A stretch of DNA of 64,000 bases. Origin: Felis catus. Lineage: Eukaryota. Below the pieces are notes generated by a model, which saw nothing but the letters and a program-made list of their open reading frames with translations, did no database searches and was not told the DNA's origin. The stretch is taken from assembly GCF_018350175.1 (NCBI RefSeq), contig NC_058369.1:8556001-8620000 (forward strand), read 5' to 3'. The translations under genes and the position numbers were made by a program. Below, piece by piece: positions 11,741 to 23,277 of this stretch. Numbering within the stretch: the stretch's first letter is position 1; the number at the start of each line of letters is the position of its first letter.

Positions 11741-13169
11741 ACCAAGTGCTGGCTAAGAAAGGGTAAAGTGAAGGCCGCCGGACACAAAGAAGTGTTTGGG
11801 CCTGCTAGAGGGGGTGGAGACGGCCGACCTTACCTTGTCCACACCCCATCCCAGGATGGATAATTTTAGGTAGAAAACCCAGACCAAGGTATATGTACTT
11901 ACTCAAAAGATTTGTTGACATGCCCTGTACACTTCACAGAATCTCAAACTCAACCAAAACTGAATTCTGGTTTATCATGCAAGTCAGACCACAACCTACC
12001 TCTGCTCAAAACCTCTCATGGCTGGTTCCCATGCATCCTGGTAAAAGTCAAAGTGCTCCCAGTGTCTCAGGGCCTTTGCACTTGCAGGTGCCTCCACTTG
12101 GAATGCTCTCCGTCCGTGCTCTACATGGTTTACTCTCTCAGCTCCTTCAAGCCTCTTCTCAAACGTCACCTTCTCATTGAGACCTGCCCCCTCCACCACC
12201 CTCTTTAAAATGGCAAGAAACAAACAACTGGTCCTTTCAGCTTTTTTTCCCCCCCCTGGGCAAAATTTTTTGCATACACTTATCCACTCATAGACTACTT
12301 AAACTCCTCTTTATGCTTAGTGGCCATTATCTTCCCCCTCACTAGGAAGTCAGGTCCACGAGGACAGAGACTTCTTTGTCTTTTTACTGCTGAAGCCCCA
12401 GGGCCTAAAACAGGGTCCGACACACAGTAGGTCCTCAATAAAATTTTGTTAAATGAATTATTTAATCACGTGACGCTGAAAAACAAGGGAGAAACACAGA
12501 CTGACTGAGATGTCTACTCCCCAGTCTCCTCACCCTTTGGTCCTCCCTCCCAGGACCTTCTCTGTGGTAAAAGTCCTTCCATCGGGATATGAAGACAGGC
12601 TTCTGAGAAAAGAAAGAAGTACTGTGTGTACAAGAAACATGCCAAACCTCTGCATCTCTGCCAACGTACTCAGTCTACACTTATGAGCACCTGCTGTGTG
12701 CTGAGTACTGTTCTAGGAGCTGGGGGCCCAGCAGGGAACAAAAGAAAGAACCTCCCTGGTGGAGCTGACATTCTAGTGAGGAGGGAGGCAAGAAGAACAA
12801 GACATTGGAAATGATAAGTTATTTGAAAACAAAGACGGTGAAGCCGTTAAAAAGTGTAGGGCGTGCAATGTTACACAGGTGATCAGGGAAAGCCTCTGTA
12901 ACGAGGTGATATTTGACCATGACCTGAATGGTGTGGGGAAATGAGCCACAGGGATATTTGGGAGCTGAGTTCCCTCAGCAAGGGAATAGTGAGTGCAATG
13001 GGGCTGTGTTGGACATGCTCTTGTGTACGTAACTGCACGACGACGTGATATACGTGTCACTACTGGGTGTTTGTGCATTTGGAGTGTTGCGAAGTGAGGT
13101 GAATCATGGTTGTGCATCTGCTGCGGGGGGATTGAGGTGATGCCTCTGACAAGGAATGCAACACGGTGG

Positions 13170-13198
13170 GGTGTGTGTGTGTGTGTGTGTGTGTGTGT
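13170..13198. repeat. (TG)n microsatellite
   Basis: About 14 uninterrupted GT/TG units within a wider TG-rich tract. Confidence 0.9.
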
Positions 13199-13561
13199 AC
13201 AGAAAGAGCTGCAGTCACATTAGCTAAGGAAATGTGTCTGGGTGTGTGCGTGTGTAATAGCAATGGTATGGTTGTATCAGAGTGTGTTCTTGTGTGTGTG
13301 CAAGGGAAGGAGTGTGGGGACATAAGAGTGAGAGAAAGTGTGTATGGGATGTTTTGTGTTAGGATAGGGCTGTGAGCATGTGGGTGATGGGGCTTTTGAA
13401 AGTGGAATATAGGCAGAGATGCGTGTGGGTGTGTGCGCGCACACGTGTGTAAGGGGGGGTGTGTGAGGTGCCCAGCTGTGTGGGTGGATGTATTGCGGGA
13501 TGTGGCGGATCTGTTTTCTGGCCCCAGAGGGAGAGAGAAAGCCCAGGAAATATCAGTTCCA

Positions 13562-13640
13562 CCCCGCCCCTCTGTCTCCTGGCAACAGCACCACTTTGAA
13601 GTTACCAGGAGAGAGTTGCCAGGGCAACAGGGGTGATTGG
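13562..13640. promoter_or_regulatory. Cluster of RFX X-boxes with GC box and CCAAT box
   Basis: CCCCGCCCC at 13562, GTCTCCTGGCAAC 13574-13586, GTTACCAGGAGAG 13601-13613, GTTGCCAGGGCAAC 13615-13628 and ATTGG 13636-13640. Confidence 0.65.
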
Positions 13641-14583
13641 CAGCTCTGGGGCGAGGTCTGGGTGAGGAGACCCAGCCAACCCTCACTTAACCACTCACCT
13701 TGTTTCTCCTCTCCCAGTTTCTCAAAAATCCTATCTTCCTTTCTTCACTCATTCATTTAACAAGCATATATTGAAAATCTGCAACCATCTAGTCACTGTT
13801 CTGGGCGCTGGAGACACCTAAGTGAACAAGACAAACAAGGTCCCCTGCCTTGGCTGTCCCTTAGTCTCCCACCCCCTGTCTTTTTGTCTCTCTTGGTGCT
13901 TCTTTGATCTGTGGTCATGCCCACCCCACTTATTCCAAGCAAAACCCAAGGAGCCCCCAGGCCAATAAGGAAACCGGTTGAGATTCCTCTTCTCACAGAC
14001 CCTCAGAGACGGCTGCTGATGTTTTGCACGTGAATGTTCCTGAGCCTGCAAGCCTCCAACACAGCTTGTGCAGATACTAAGGTGCAGAGGGAGAGACAAG
14101 CACACAAGTGCCTCCCTCCCTCACTTCCTCAGTTGTCATTGGGTGACATCAGCAGAAACACACACAGACAACATTCCCATCACAATAGTCCTCTGAGATA
14201 TCACGAGCTCCATTTTATAGGTGAGCAGACTGAGGCTAGGAGACTTTAAGTAATGTGTCAGTGATTCGGGCCTGCTTCCTCCAACTCTCAACCCTTGTAT
14301 GTGTCTAATTAGCTGATTAATTCACAATAGTAATATTCGCGTTGCTTCCTTCAGCGGACTAGCACAAGGGAAGGGCAATCTCACCTTCGAGCGCCTCTAT
14401 ACCTCCTCCCTCAGACTGTTATTTGCCCCTTCACCAGGGGAGGAGCCAGTAAAGGCCGATCTAACTTTGATGGCAGATCCATGGACCAATGGAGACGCTA
14501 AGCGCATTGTAACCAATGAGGCCTCGGCTTGGGCGGGATTAAGGGCAGGAAAGGGCCGCTGACTGGACAGGAGTATCTTACGA

Positions 14584-16062
14584 ATGGCGGAGACGCTGAG
14601 GCGGGTGCTAAACCTAGGCACCTCAGCAAGGTCCGGGGGGGAGGATACAGCTGAGGCTGGACCGCCTTTGCTGCTGCTTGGCGGCCCAGGGTCTGGAAAG
14701 ACAGCGCTGCTATTCGCGGCGGCCCTGGAAGCGGCAGGAGAGGGCCGAGGCCCCGTCCTCTTTCTGACTCGAAGGCCTCTTCAAAGCCTGCCCCGCGGGA
14801 CCGGCGCAGCATTCGACCCCTTGCGGCTACAGGTAACCGAGGGGCGGGACCGGAGGCGGACTAGTTAGTACAGTAGGGCGAATTGAGGATTGAGTGACAG
14901 GTAGACAGACCAATGGAGGAGAAGAAGGAAGAGCGAGCCTTAGCGGCCATTGTGGGGCGGAGTCATGAATGCGCGGGGCGGAATAATAGGGGCGGGACCA
15001 TAGGAAGCTTTGTTAAGATTGGGAAACCGTTTGGTGAGGGGGCGGAGTTAGCGAAGAAAGGCGGTGCCCATCGGGTGGGGTTAGTTGGGGGGTGAGTAAG
15101 GGTGGGGCTAAACCTGAGTCCAGTTTGAACGCCAGCTTTTCCTTTGGAGCCGATCAGGAGGTCCGACTAAGAACGCTATGGGCAGGTTTTCCGTGGAAAG
15201 ATTGCCTTAGATACTTGGTAAGAAAAACATACCTTGTTCCTAGCTAACACCGGGCAGTGATAAATGCGGGATAAAAAACGGGGGTGGGCGCAGAGCATGT
15301 GACTCTTGAGCATGTTGAGTTCCAGCCCCACATTTGGCATAGGTGACTTAAAAATAAAACCTTGTTATTAAAGAAAAGGGTGGTGAGTGGGTACGAATTG
15401 AAGAGCATGCGGCCATTCTGAACTGCTTCACTCGGAACCAGCTGTCTGGGGTCTGAGAGCCTAGTGCAGGGAAGTATACACAAGGAAGCAGGGCAGCTCT
15501 AGCTTGGAGCCTGCCTTCCTGAGCTGAATCTGGCCGTTTCCTTTTTTCCAACCTCTAGAAGATCCGCTTCCAGTACCCACCCTCAACCCATGAACTCCTT
15601 CAGCTTCTGTGCTCTGCCCATGAGGCCCGCGGTCCAGCCCCCTCCCTGCTGCTACTGGATGGCCTTGAGGAGTACCTAGTGGAAGACCAGGGACCCCAGG
15701 ACGCCGCCTACCTGGCTGCGCTGCTTCTGGACACAGCTGCCCACTTCAGCCACCAGACTGGGCCTGGCCAGGGCTGTGGGCTCATTGTGGCCCTACAGAC
15801 CCAAGAGGAGGGAGTCAGTGGGGATGCCCTGCAGGTGTCACTGCTCCAGCGGTATTTCCCTGCCCGGTGCTGGCTGCAGGCAGAGACACCAGGCCCAGGA
15901 CAGCACCGCCTCCGAGCCTGCCTGGATCCAGGTGGGCTGGGGCCTAGGGCAGAGTGGTGCGTGGCTTTCCGACCAAATGGAGAGATGACAATCACCCCGT
16001 GGCCTACCCAGGCTGGTAACCTCAGCTTAGACAAAGGTTCAAGCTCTGGAGGCCAGCCTTGA
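14584..16062 (+). CDS. SWSAP1: SWIM-type zinc finger 7-associated protein 1 (RAD51-paralog-like ATPase of the Shu complex), 250 aa
   Basis: Exons 14584-14832 and 15559-16062. Starts MAETLRRVL. Walker A GGPGSGKT and Walker B LLLLD are present. Two CCAAT boxes and a GC box lie just upstream (about 14486-14536). Confidence 0.95.
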
Positions 16063-16190
16063 GCTTTGGTGTGTGACAACCTCTCTATGCCTCAGTTTCC
16101 CATGACTGGAATACTTACTTCAGGGACACATGCAGATTCAAAGACCTAAAGAATATAAAATGCTTTTTCTCATTTAAAAGTAGCATTATC

Positions 16191-16390
16191 AGGGAACCTG
16201 GGTGGCTCAGTTGGTTAAATGTTGGACTCTTGATCTTGGCTCAGGTCATGATCTCATGGTTCGTGGGATCGAGCCCCACGTCGAGCTCTGCACTGACATC
16301 ATGGAGCCTACTTGGGATTCTCTCTCTCTCTCGGCCCTTCCCCCACTCCCTCTCTCTCAAAATAAATAAATAAACTTAAAAAAAATAAAA
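16191..16390 (+). mobile_element. Can-SINE downstream of the SWSAP1 stop codon
   Basis: GGGAACCTGGGTGGCTCAGTTGG head, CT-rich tract and AATAAA-rich tail, with CATTATCA on both sides. Confidence 0.85.
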
Positions 16391-16536
16391 ATAACATTAT
16401 CATGAACCTGTTATGCCCAATTAACATTGTTGAATTTTGCTGTTTTGAACTTTATAAAAAGTTTCATGATAAATGTAATCTTCTGAGACTTCCTTCTTCT
16501 CCCACTCAACATTATCATTTAAGATGAGGCCAGTTT

Positions 16537-16728
16537 TGGGGTGCCTGGGTGGCTCAGTTGGTTAAGTGGCCGACTTCGGTCCATGAGTTTGAGCCTCGCA
16601 TCGGGCTCTGTGCTGACAGCTTGGAGCCTGGAGCCTGCTTCAAATTCTGTGTCTCTCTCTCTGCCCCTTCCTTATTCACACTTTGTCTTTCAAAAATGAA
16701 TAAATGTTAAAAAAAAATTTTTTTAAAG
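16537..16728 (+). mobile_element. Can-SINE (SINEC_Fc-like)
   Basis: GGGGTGCCTGGGTGGCTCAGTTGG...GGAGCCTGGAGCCTG body. Flanked by the imperfect duplication AAGAT(G/T)AGGCCA. Confidence 0.85.
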
Positions 16729-17266
16729 ATTAGGCCACTTTTTAGTTCACTGCTTTCTCCCTACTGCATATGGTTCCATGGGTGACCATATCCCAATTTA
16801 TTCATCAAATGGACATATCTGCTGCTATGAACATTCTTGCACACATGTCCTGGCTCACGCGTGTGAGAGTTTTTAGGGTATTTAGCTAGGGGTGGCTTTG
16901 GTAGAGCTTCTAGAAGGCCTGCATATGCCCATCTTTCCTAGGTCATGTCTAACTTAGTGATATCATTATTATTCGTGGCAGAAACTAGCCAGAGGCTCAG
17001 GCAACAGCTTTCCTTCCCCCAGGGAGAACAGCCAAACTGCATTTCCCCCACCCCCCCCCCCCCCACCACCAGCGGTCCATGGATCAAGCTGGGGTCCTGG
17101 GACTGTTTCTAATCCCTAAAATGGCCCCCAGCATCTTCTGTTTTCTCTTTGCTGCTTGGTTAGCAAGATGCCGGGGGTCCATCTACAGACCAGCAGGGTC
17201 TGGGCTTCTGACTCATCCCAGAAATGGCTGCCTGCCTGCTTGCATTGAAATATGAGAGAGAAACCA

Positions 17267-17272
17267 TTTAAT
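17267..17272 (-). terminator. Candidate EPOR polyadenylation signal (ATTAAA)
   Basis: TTTAAT on the + strand, about 440 nt beyond the EPOR stop codon. Confidence 0.45.
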
Positions 17273-17711
17273 GTGTAAAGCCAGTCATATTTAGGAGGGT
17301 TTTTTTTTGTTGTTGTTGTTATGGCAGCTAGTATAACATATACTGAGTCCTTCATTCTATTAGGATTATTATTCATATCGCCAGGTCCAGAATTTCAGAC
17401 TGAGCTCGAGGCCTTTTCCCGTTGCCCCTATGGTCTGGGCCCAGGGAAAGATGGGGCCTCCAAGGATGTTTGTAGAAGTCATGAAAGGGGGAAAAAAATT
17501 ACATACGCACACAAACACACATACACTCATACAACTCTATACATTTTAAAATACTCCAAGGTTGTACTGAGCAGGACGGATTGGGCAGAAAGCCGAGGTT
17601 AGCAATGCTCCTGGTCCCGAGGGAGCCCTCACCAACCCTGCTCAATAAGTCTAGGGCCTGGGCTAGCACTTGAGGTCACGCCGGGTCCCCAAGCATCTGA
17701 GGGCTGGAGTC

Positions 17712-20700
17712 CTAGGAGCAGGCCACATAGCTGGGCGGTGAAGTCTCAGTGGCTGGGATGAGGCTGTTCTCATAAGGGTTCAAGTAGGGGCCAGTGGATG
17801 AGTCCCCCTGGGCTTCCTGGGAGCCCCCTGAGCTGTAGTCCGTTGAGATGCCAGAGTCAGACACCATGAGGTACAGGTACTTTATGTGGGGTGGGGTGGG
17901 GGGCAGCTCAGGGGGCAGCGCTCTCGGGCGCAAGAGCTGGGAGCTGGGATCCAGGATCGTGTACTCAAAGCTGGCACCCAAGGCCCCCTCTGGCCCAGGC
18001 TTCAGGGACAAGGCAGATGAGCAGGAGGAGGCTTCTGAGCCTTTATGCATGGCTACCATGTCCAAACTGCCATCAGGCCGCGGGAGATCCTCGCTGGGTG
18101 GGTTCCGGGGCAGCAACCACTTGTCCAGCACCAGGTAGGTGTCTTGGGTATGTTCGCTGCCCAGCGGCTCCAGCAGGGGCCCCTCCTCTGCCCCCGGCTC
18201 CGCTGCCTGGGTAGCCCCCCAGCAACGCTCAGAGAGGACTTCCAGGGGGGAGGGTGGGTCCTCTGCAAAGGGAGCGCAGGGGCTCCACCAAAGACACCCC
18301 TCATTCTGGTACAGCCACAGCTGGGGAAACAGCACCGGCCTGCTCAGGGACCTACGGTTCAGCCACAGGAGCAGGGAAACCCCAGGCCCCGAGGGGACAA
18401 CCAGGCCACCTACCTGGAAGTTACCCTTGTGGGTGGTGAAGAGGCCCTCAAACTCACTCTCGGGGCTTGGGATACCAGGCCAGATCTTCTGCTTCAGAGT
18501 CCTGGTGAAGCCAACAAGAAACAATTACATGGGGGGCGCCTGGGGGGCGCAGTCGGTGAAGCGTCCGACTTCAGCCAGGTCACGATCTCGCGGTCCGTGA
18601 GTTCGAGCCCCGCGTCGGGCTCAGGGCTGATGGCTCAGAGCCTGGAGCCTGTTTCCGATTCTGTGTCTCCCTCTCTCTCTGCCCCTCCCCCGTTCATGCT
18701 CTGTCTCTCTCTGTCCCAAAAATAAATAAACGTTGAAAAAAAAAATTTTTTTTAAAGAAACAATTACATGGATATGTGTCACTGAATGCTCACCAATACC
18801 CCCCTAAAAAGCAGCCACAGGGGCACAGATAGTCCTAGTCCCTCATAATCACAAGGCAGAGGAGTGCATAGGGGCTGAGGAACAGAGGCTCTGGCTGAAG
18901 CATCTGCAAGGCCCTACAGATGGGTGACTGGAACAGGGTTTTGAAGGATGCATAGGAGTTCCACATACACTGCCTGGTGCTCTCCCTTAACCTGGCCCAG
19001 GCTTGTCTGGAGGTTCATTATGTTACTTCCCTTCTCACTCCTTTCCATAATTCCCCGAATGTACTCAGAATAAAATTCGGGGGCACCTGGGTGGCTCCAT
19101 CGGTTGGTTGAACATCCGACTCCTGATTTTGGCCCAGGTCATGATCTCACGGTTTGTGAGTTCGAGCCCTGCATTGGGCTCTGCACTGACTGCGGAGCCT
19201 GCTTGGGATTCTCTCTCTCTCTTTCTCTCTCTCTCCCTTTCTCTCTGTCCCTCTTCATCTTATGTATGCTTTCTCTCTCTGCCTCTCAAAATAAAGTTAA
19301 AAAATTAAAAAAAAAAATAACAATCTCTTCTCCACAGCCCTGCAGACAACCTTGCATGTTCTGACCCCTGTGACCTCCCTCACCTCATCATTCACCACTT
19401 CCTCATAATATATTCTGCTCTAGCCAAAGATACCCTCTTGGCAGCTGCTTCAGCACTCCCAAGCTCATTCCCACCTCAGGGCCTTTGCACTTGCTGTTCC
19501 TTTTCAATTGTCTCGCGGCTGCCTTTGTCCAACCGTCAGGTTTCCATTCTGATATCATCTTCCAGAGGCCTTCCCTGACCATCCTGTCACGGCCCCACAC
19601 CCCATTTGTTTCTGTGATAGCACTTACCACAATGGATAATCAAATATCTGTTGGTGGGGTGCCTGGGTGGCTCAGTCGGTTGAGCAGCCAACTCTTGATT
19701 TTGGCTCTGGTCATGATCTCATTGTTTGTGGGATCAAGCCCTGCGTCGGGCTCTACACTGACAGCATGGAGCCTGCTTGGGATTCTCTCTCTTTCCTCTC
19801 TGCTCCCGTGTATGTTGGTACCCTTGTTTGCTATTCGACTCAGCTTTGAGATCCACAAGGTCAGAGAGATGTTTGTTTTCCACTTTCTCCCCAGTGCCTA
19901 GCACAGAGTTGGCACTCAGTATGTATTTTCCAACCAAATAAATAAACAAGGCCCTTAAAGACAACAGAATACTGCTTGGCAGACAAGGCAGGAAAGGCAT
20001 TGCAGGCAGAAGGAACAGCATGTGCCAAGGCTTGGGGGTATGAAACCACATAGTATGAGCTACGAATAACAAAAACCTCAGGATGGCTGGTCCTACCATA
20101 AACCATCTAAGGAGCTCGATAACAGAGGCAGGAGGCACTCAGGATGTTAAATCTTTCCATGCGGCCCATCTGGGGATTTTACAAAAGTTGATGAAATTGG
20201 GAAAAGGAACAAGCAAAGGAATTCAAGAAGGAGCAACCGCTGAGGTTCAAGGAAAACCAGGTGAATGTTCCCAAGAATTTTAACTAAGATTCTGGATATG
20301 GTCTGGCTTGCATCCCAGCCCTGCCACGGACTCCTCACTGTGTGTCCCTGGGCAAAGTGCCTTTCCGTCTCTGAGCCTAGCTTTCCACAGCAAAAGGAGA
20401 ACGTAAGTGCGTTGGAGTCTGGGCTAGGTGCCCGAATGGGGCGCTCACCGGCGGTGGGAAAGCAGGGCGAGCACGGCCAGCAGCAGCAGGATGAGCACGA
20501 GGATGAGTGAGAGCGTCAGGATGAGAGGGTCCAAGTCTACAAAGCAGGGAGGAAGTCAGGGCAGTAGGATTACCCCATGCTCCTCCCCAGGCCCTCCTAG
20601 CTCCTAGCTGGGGCCTCACCACTAGCTGTCAGCAGCGACGCAGGCTCGGACCAGGCGCTCCAGAAGCCACCGAAGCTCGGCTCAGCCATACGCGCGCGAA

Positions 20701-23213
20701 CCATAAAAGTGTAGCGCGTTCGGCCGCGAAGGTTGCTCAGTGCGCACTCAGTGCGGCCATCCAGGATCTCCACCTGGGGGCGGGGCCTGGGTGAGAGGCG
20801 TGGTCAATAGGGGCGGGGCGAGCAGAGAAAAGCGTGTGGGGGCGGCACTGAGCCAATCAGAGAAAGGAAGGACAGCTTCGCAACACTGCGGTGAGGGGGA
20901 AGGGCAATGAAAGCAAGAGGCGGGTTCCAGGAAGGCTCGGGCCAATCAGGACGGAGGCCCAGGGAGCAGGGGGCGGTCTCGGGCTCTTTAGGGGCGTGGC
21001 CAGGGAGCCAAGGGTCGGGATGTTGAAGGGGTGTAGTATTTGGGACAAGGGGGTAAGTGGGCTTTGGGCTTGGGTCCAGGTGGACTGGGAGGCACTGGGA
21101 AGGAAGACATGTCAGTGGGAGTTGATGTGTTTTGGGCAAAGAGATGACGGGCGTCAGAGGTGGGCCTGGAGGGCGAGGCCAGGAGGCTGGGCCATGCTGG
21201 CCATCGGGGCGGGATTTAGAAGGGGAGGCGGGGCTGTCCACCGCACAGCCTTTTTGACCGGCGGTCGGGGCGGCCTCACCTTCTGAGCGCCCCCTGCGAC
21301 GTTGCCTGAGGAGATGTTCACTTCGTAGCGGATCAGACTTGCGACGGGGGCTCCAGGAGGCGGGAGCCAACGCAGTACCACGTGGCCGCCCTCGTCGGCC
21401 CGCCGCGCCAGCAGCCCCGCGGGGGGGTCCAGGAGCACTGCGAGAGGGGTTGATCAGGCGGGCGGTGACCGAGACTCCCTCACCCGACAATTTCCCCATT
21501 CCCTGCGCACGTACCCACTTCGTTGATGTGGATGATACGGTGATAGCGTGGAGCGCCCGAGGATACGGCTGTGACGCGCAGCTCTAAGGGCACAAAGCTC
21601 GACGCGTCGGCCGTAGGCAGCGAGCACCAGAAACGCACAGCGCCGCGAGCCGTGGGCGCCTGGTGCAGGCTGCATGGCTTCCACGGTTCGCCCCTGTGCG
21701 CCAAGGGGCCAGAGAGGGAAGGGAGCAAGTTGGGGGTGGGGGGTGCGAGAGAGTTTGTATTGCCTGGAGCTGGGGCCCGGTTTGGACACTACCACCAGGG
21801 GGCGTCCGGCCCCCGACTACGCGACGCCTTCGTCCTATGTGGAGGGGTGCTGTCCCTGCCCAAATGTTTGGGATCGCTCCGCAACAGAGATCGCGAGACT
21901 GTTCCGGCCCCAGCCACTAGGGGGCGCGTCGGCACTGACCCCGGGGCTTCCCACCAGAGACCGCCAGTGGCCTCCCGTCCCACCAGTGTCCTCCCGCTCC
22001 CGACGCCAGCAGATGTCCCAAAGTGTGAGCCCCTGCCCACCCGCCCCCTCCTCAGAGGATGGGAGCGCTCCACCTGCCCCGTCGCACTCACTCGAGCTGG
22101 TAGAAGAAGCTGTAGTTGTCGGGGCCGACCCCCGCGCTTGCCGCTTCCTCCCAGAAGCACACCAGGTCCTCCAACCGTTCGGTGAAGCACAGAAGCTCTT
22201 CGGGCCCGCGGGCAGCCAGCAGGGCCGCTGCGGGGGGAGGGGGACACGGGGAGGGGGTCGGGAGAGCCCAGTCCTCGGGCCACAGCAGCCTCCCCCTCCC
22301 TCCCGCCGCCTGTGCGAACCGATAAGCAAAAAGCCCCGCCTCGCTCGCTAGCCCAAGCGGGGGCCCTCGAAGGGTCCGCGGAGGTGGTGCCCCCCGCCCC
22401 GAACTCCGAAGCGCTGGTGGCTTGCCTTACTGTTCCCACACACGCCCCCGCCCACCCCACAACCCGCTGGACCGCGCGCGGCTTGGAGGGCCGCGGTCCC
22501 CCGCTGCCCGCCCCGCCCCGGCCCAGGACAGGCGAGCCACTGGACGTGTGCGGAGAAGGCGGGGCCCCCTATCGGCCCCGGCAGGCTGCCGGCAGCCCGA
22601 TAGCGCCAACCGTGAACCCCTCCCTCGCCTCTTCCCTCGACCCGGCAAGCCGAGGCTTCTGGCGCCCGCATACAAACCATGTTTACAGTCGCCTGAGGCC
22701 CGGCCCCTCGGCCTCGACGCGGGCTTTGTCCTCCCTCCCCCGGTGGAGGGTCGGCCAGATCCCCTCTCCTGGGGACTCTAGATTTCGAGGCCTAGACCCA
22801 GCACCAACCCTGCCCCGTTAGGATTTATTATGTCCCAGGCTCCCTGAAAAGATAAAACGGGAAACTTATGCCCCACACCCCCCCACACCCCCCACCCCCG
22901 CCCACAACACAGTCTGGAGTCTTAGACCCCAGCATGCTACGCCAGGTGCCACTCTAAGGAGGTTCAGCCCCCAGCCCCCAGATCCTAGACTGTAGGGTCA
23001 GAACCCGGCGTGGCTCCCAGGACCCAGGCTGGAAGTTCAGGCCTCGGCATTGCCCTCCAGGAACCATTGCGGGGGTCTACACACAGATCCATCCTTACCT
23101 TTACTTTCGAACTTGGGGTCCAGGGGGTTGGGTGGGGGAGCCCAGGCGGCCCCAGCGAGCAAGAGACAGAGAGAGCCGACTCCAGGCCAGAGGGGCGCCC
23201 AGAGGTGATCCAT
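17712..23213 (-). CDS. EPOR: Erythropoietin receptor, 508 aa
   Basis: Exons (minus strand) 23213-23099, 22227-22092, 21693-21515, 21437-21280, 20773-20620, 20536-20449, 18501-18414 and 18320-17712, total 1527 nt. Signal peptide [14 protein letters not shown] motif, transmembrane [22 protein letters not shown], Box1 IWPGIPSP, Box2 LEVLSE, C-terminus PSYVACS. Confidence 0.98.
18533..18754 (+). mobile_element. Young SINEC_Fc-type insertion in EPOR intron 6, antisense to EPOR
   Basis: CpG-rich, near-consensus body. Perfect 17-bp target-site duplication AAGAAACAATTACATGG at 18516-18532 and 18755-18771. Confidence 0.95.
19079..19320 (+). mobile_element. Can-SINE in EPOR intron 6
   Basis: GGGGCACCTGGGTGGCTC head, (CT)n tract and A tail. 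Confidence 0.85.
19656..19810 (+). mobile_element. Can-SINE (3'-truncated) in EPOR intron 6
   Basis: GGGGTGCCTGGGTGGCTCAGTCGG...GCCTGCTTGGGATTCTCTC. Confidence 0.8.
21792..21927 (+). promoter_or_regulatory. Two strong CTCF motifs in EPOR intron 2
   Basis: CCACCAGGGGGCGT 21792-21805 and CCACTAGGGGGCGC 21914-21927 both match the CTCF core consensus. Confidence 0.7.
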
Positions 23214-23277
23214 GATGCAACCCCCTGCCACGGGGGGCGCAGGGCCCCTGCTCCCCTTCCGCCCCTGGCACAATCCA

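Noticed and set aside
18533-18620. tRNA-like A and B boxes in SINE heads
   Set aside because: These are parts of tRNA-derived Can-SINEs, not tRNA genes.
23214-23273. In-frame N-terminal extension of EPOR in the ORF track
   Set aside because: It begins at a TTG in the 5' UTR. The ATG at 23213 has good context and is followed directly by the signal peptide.
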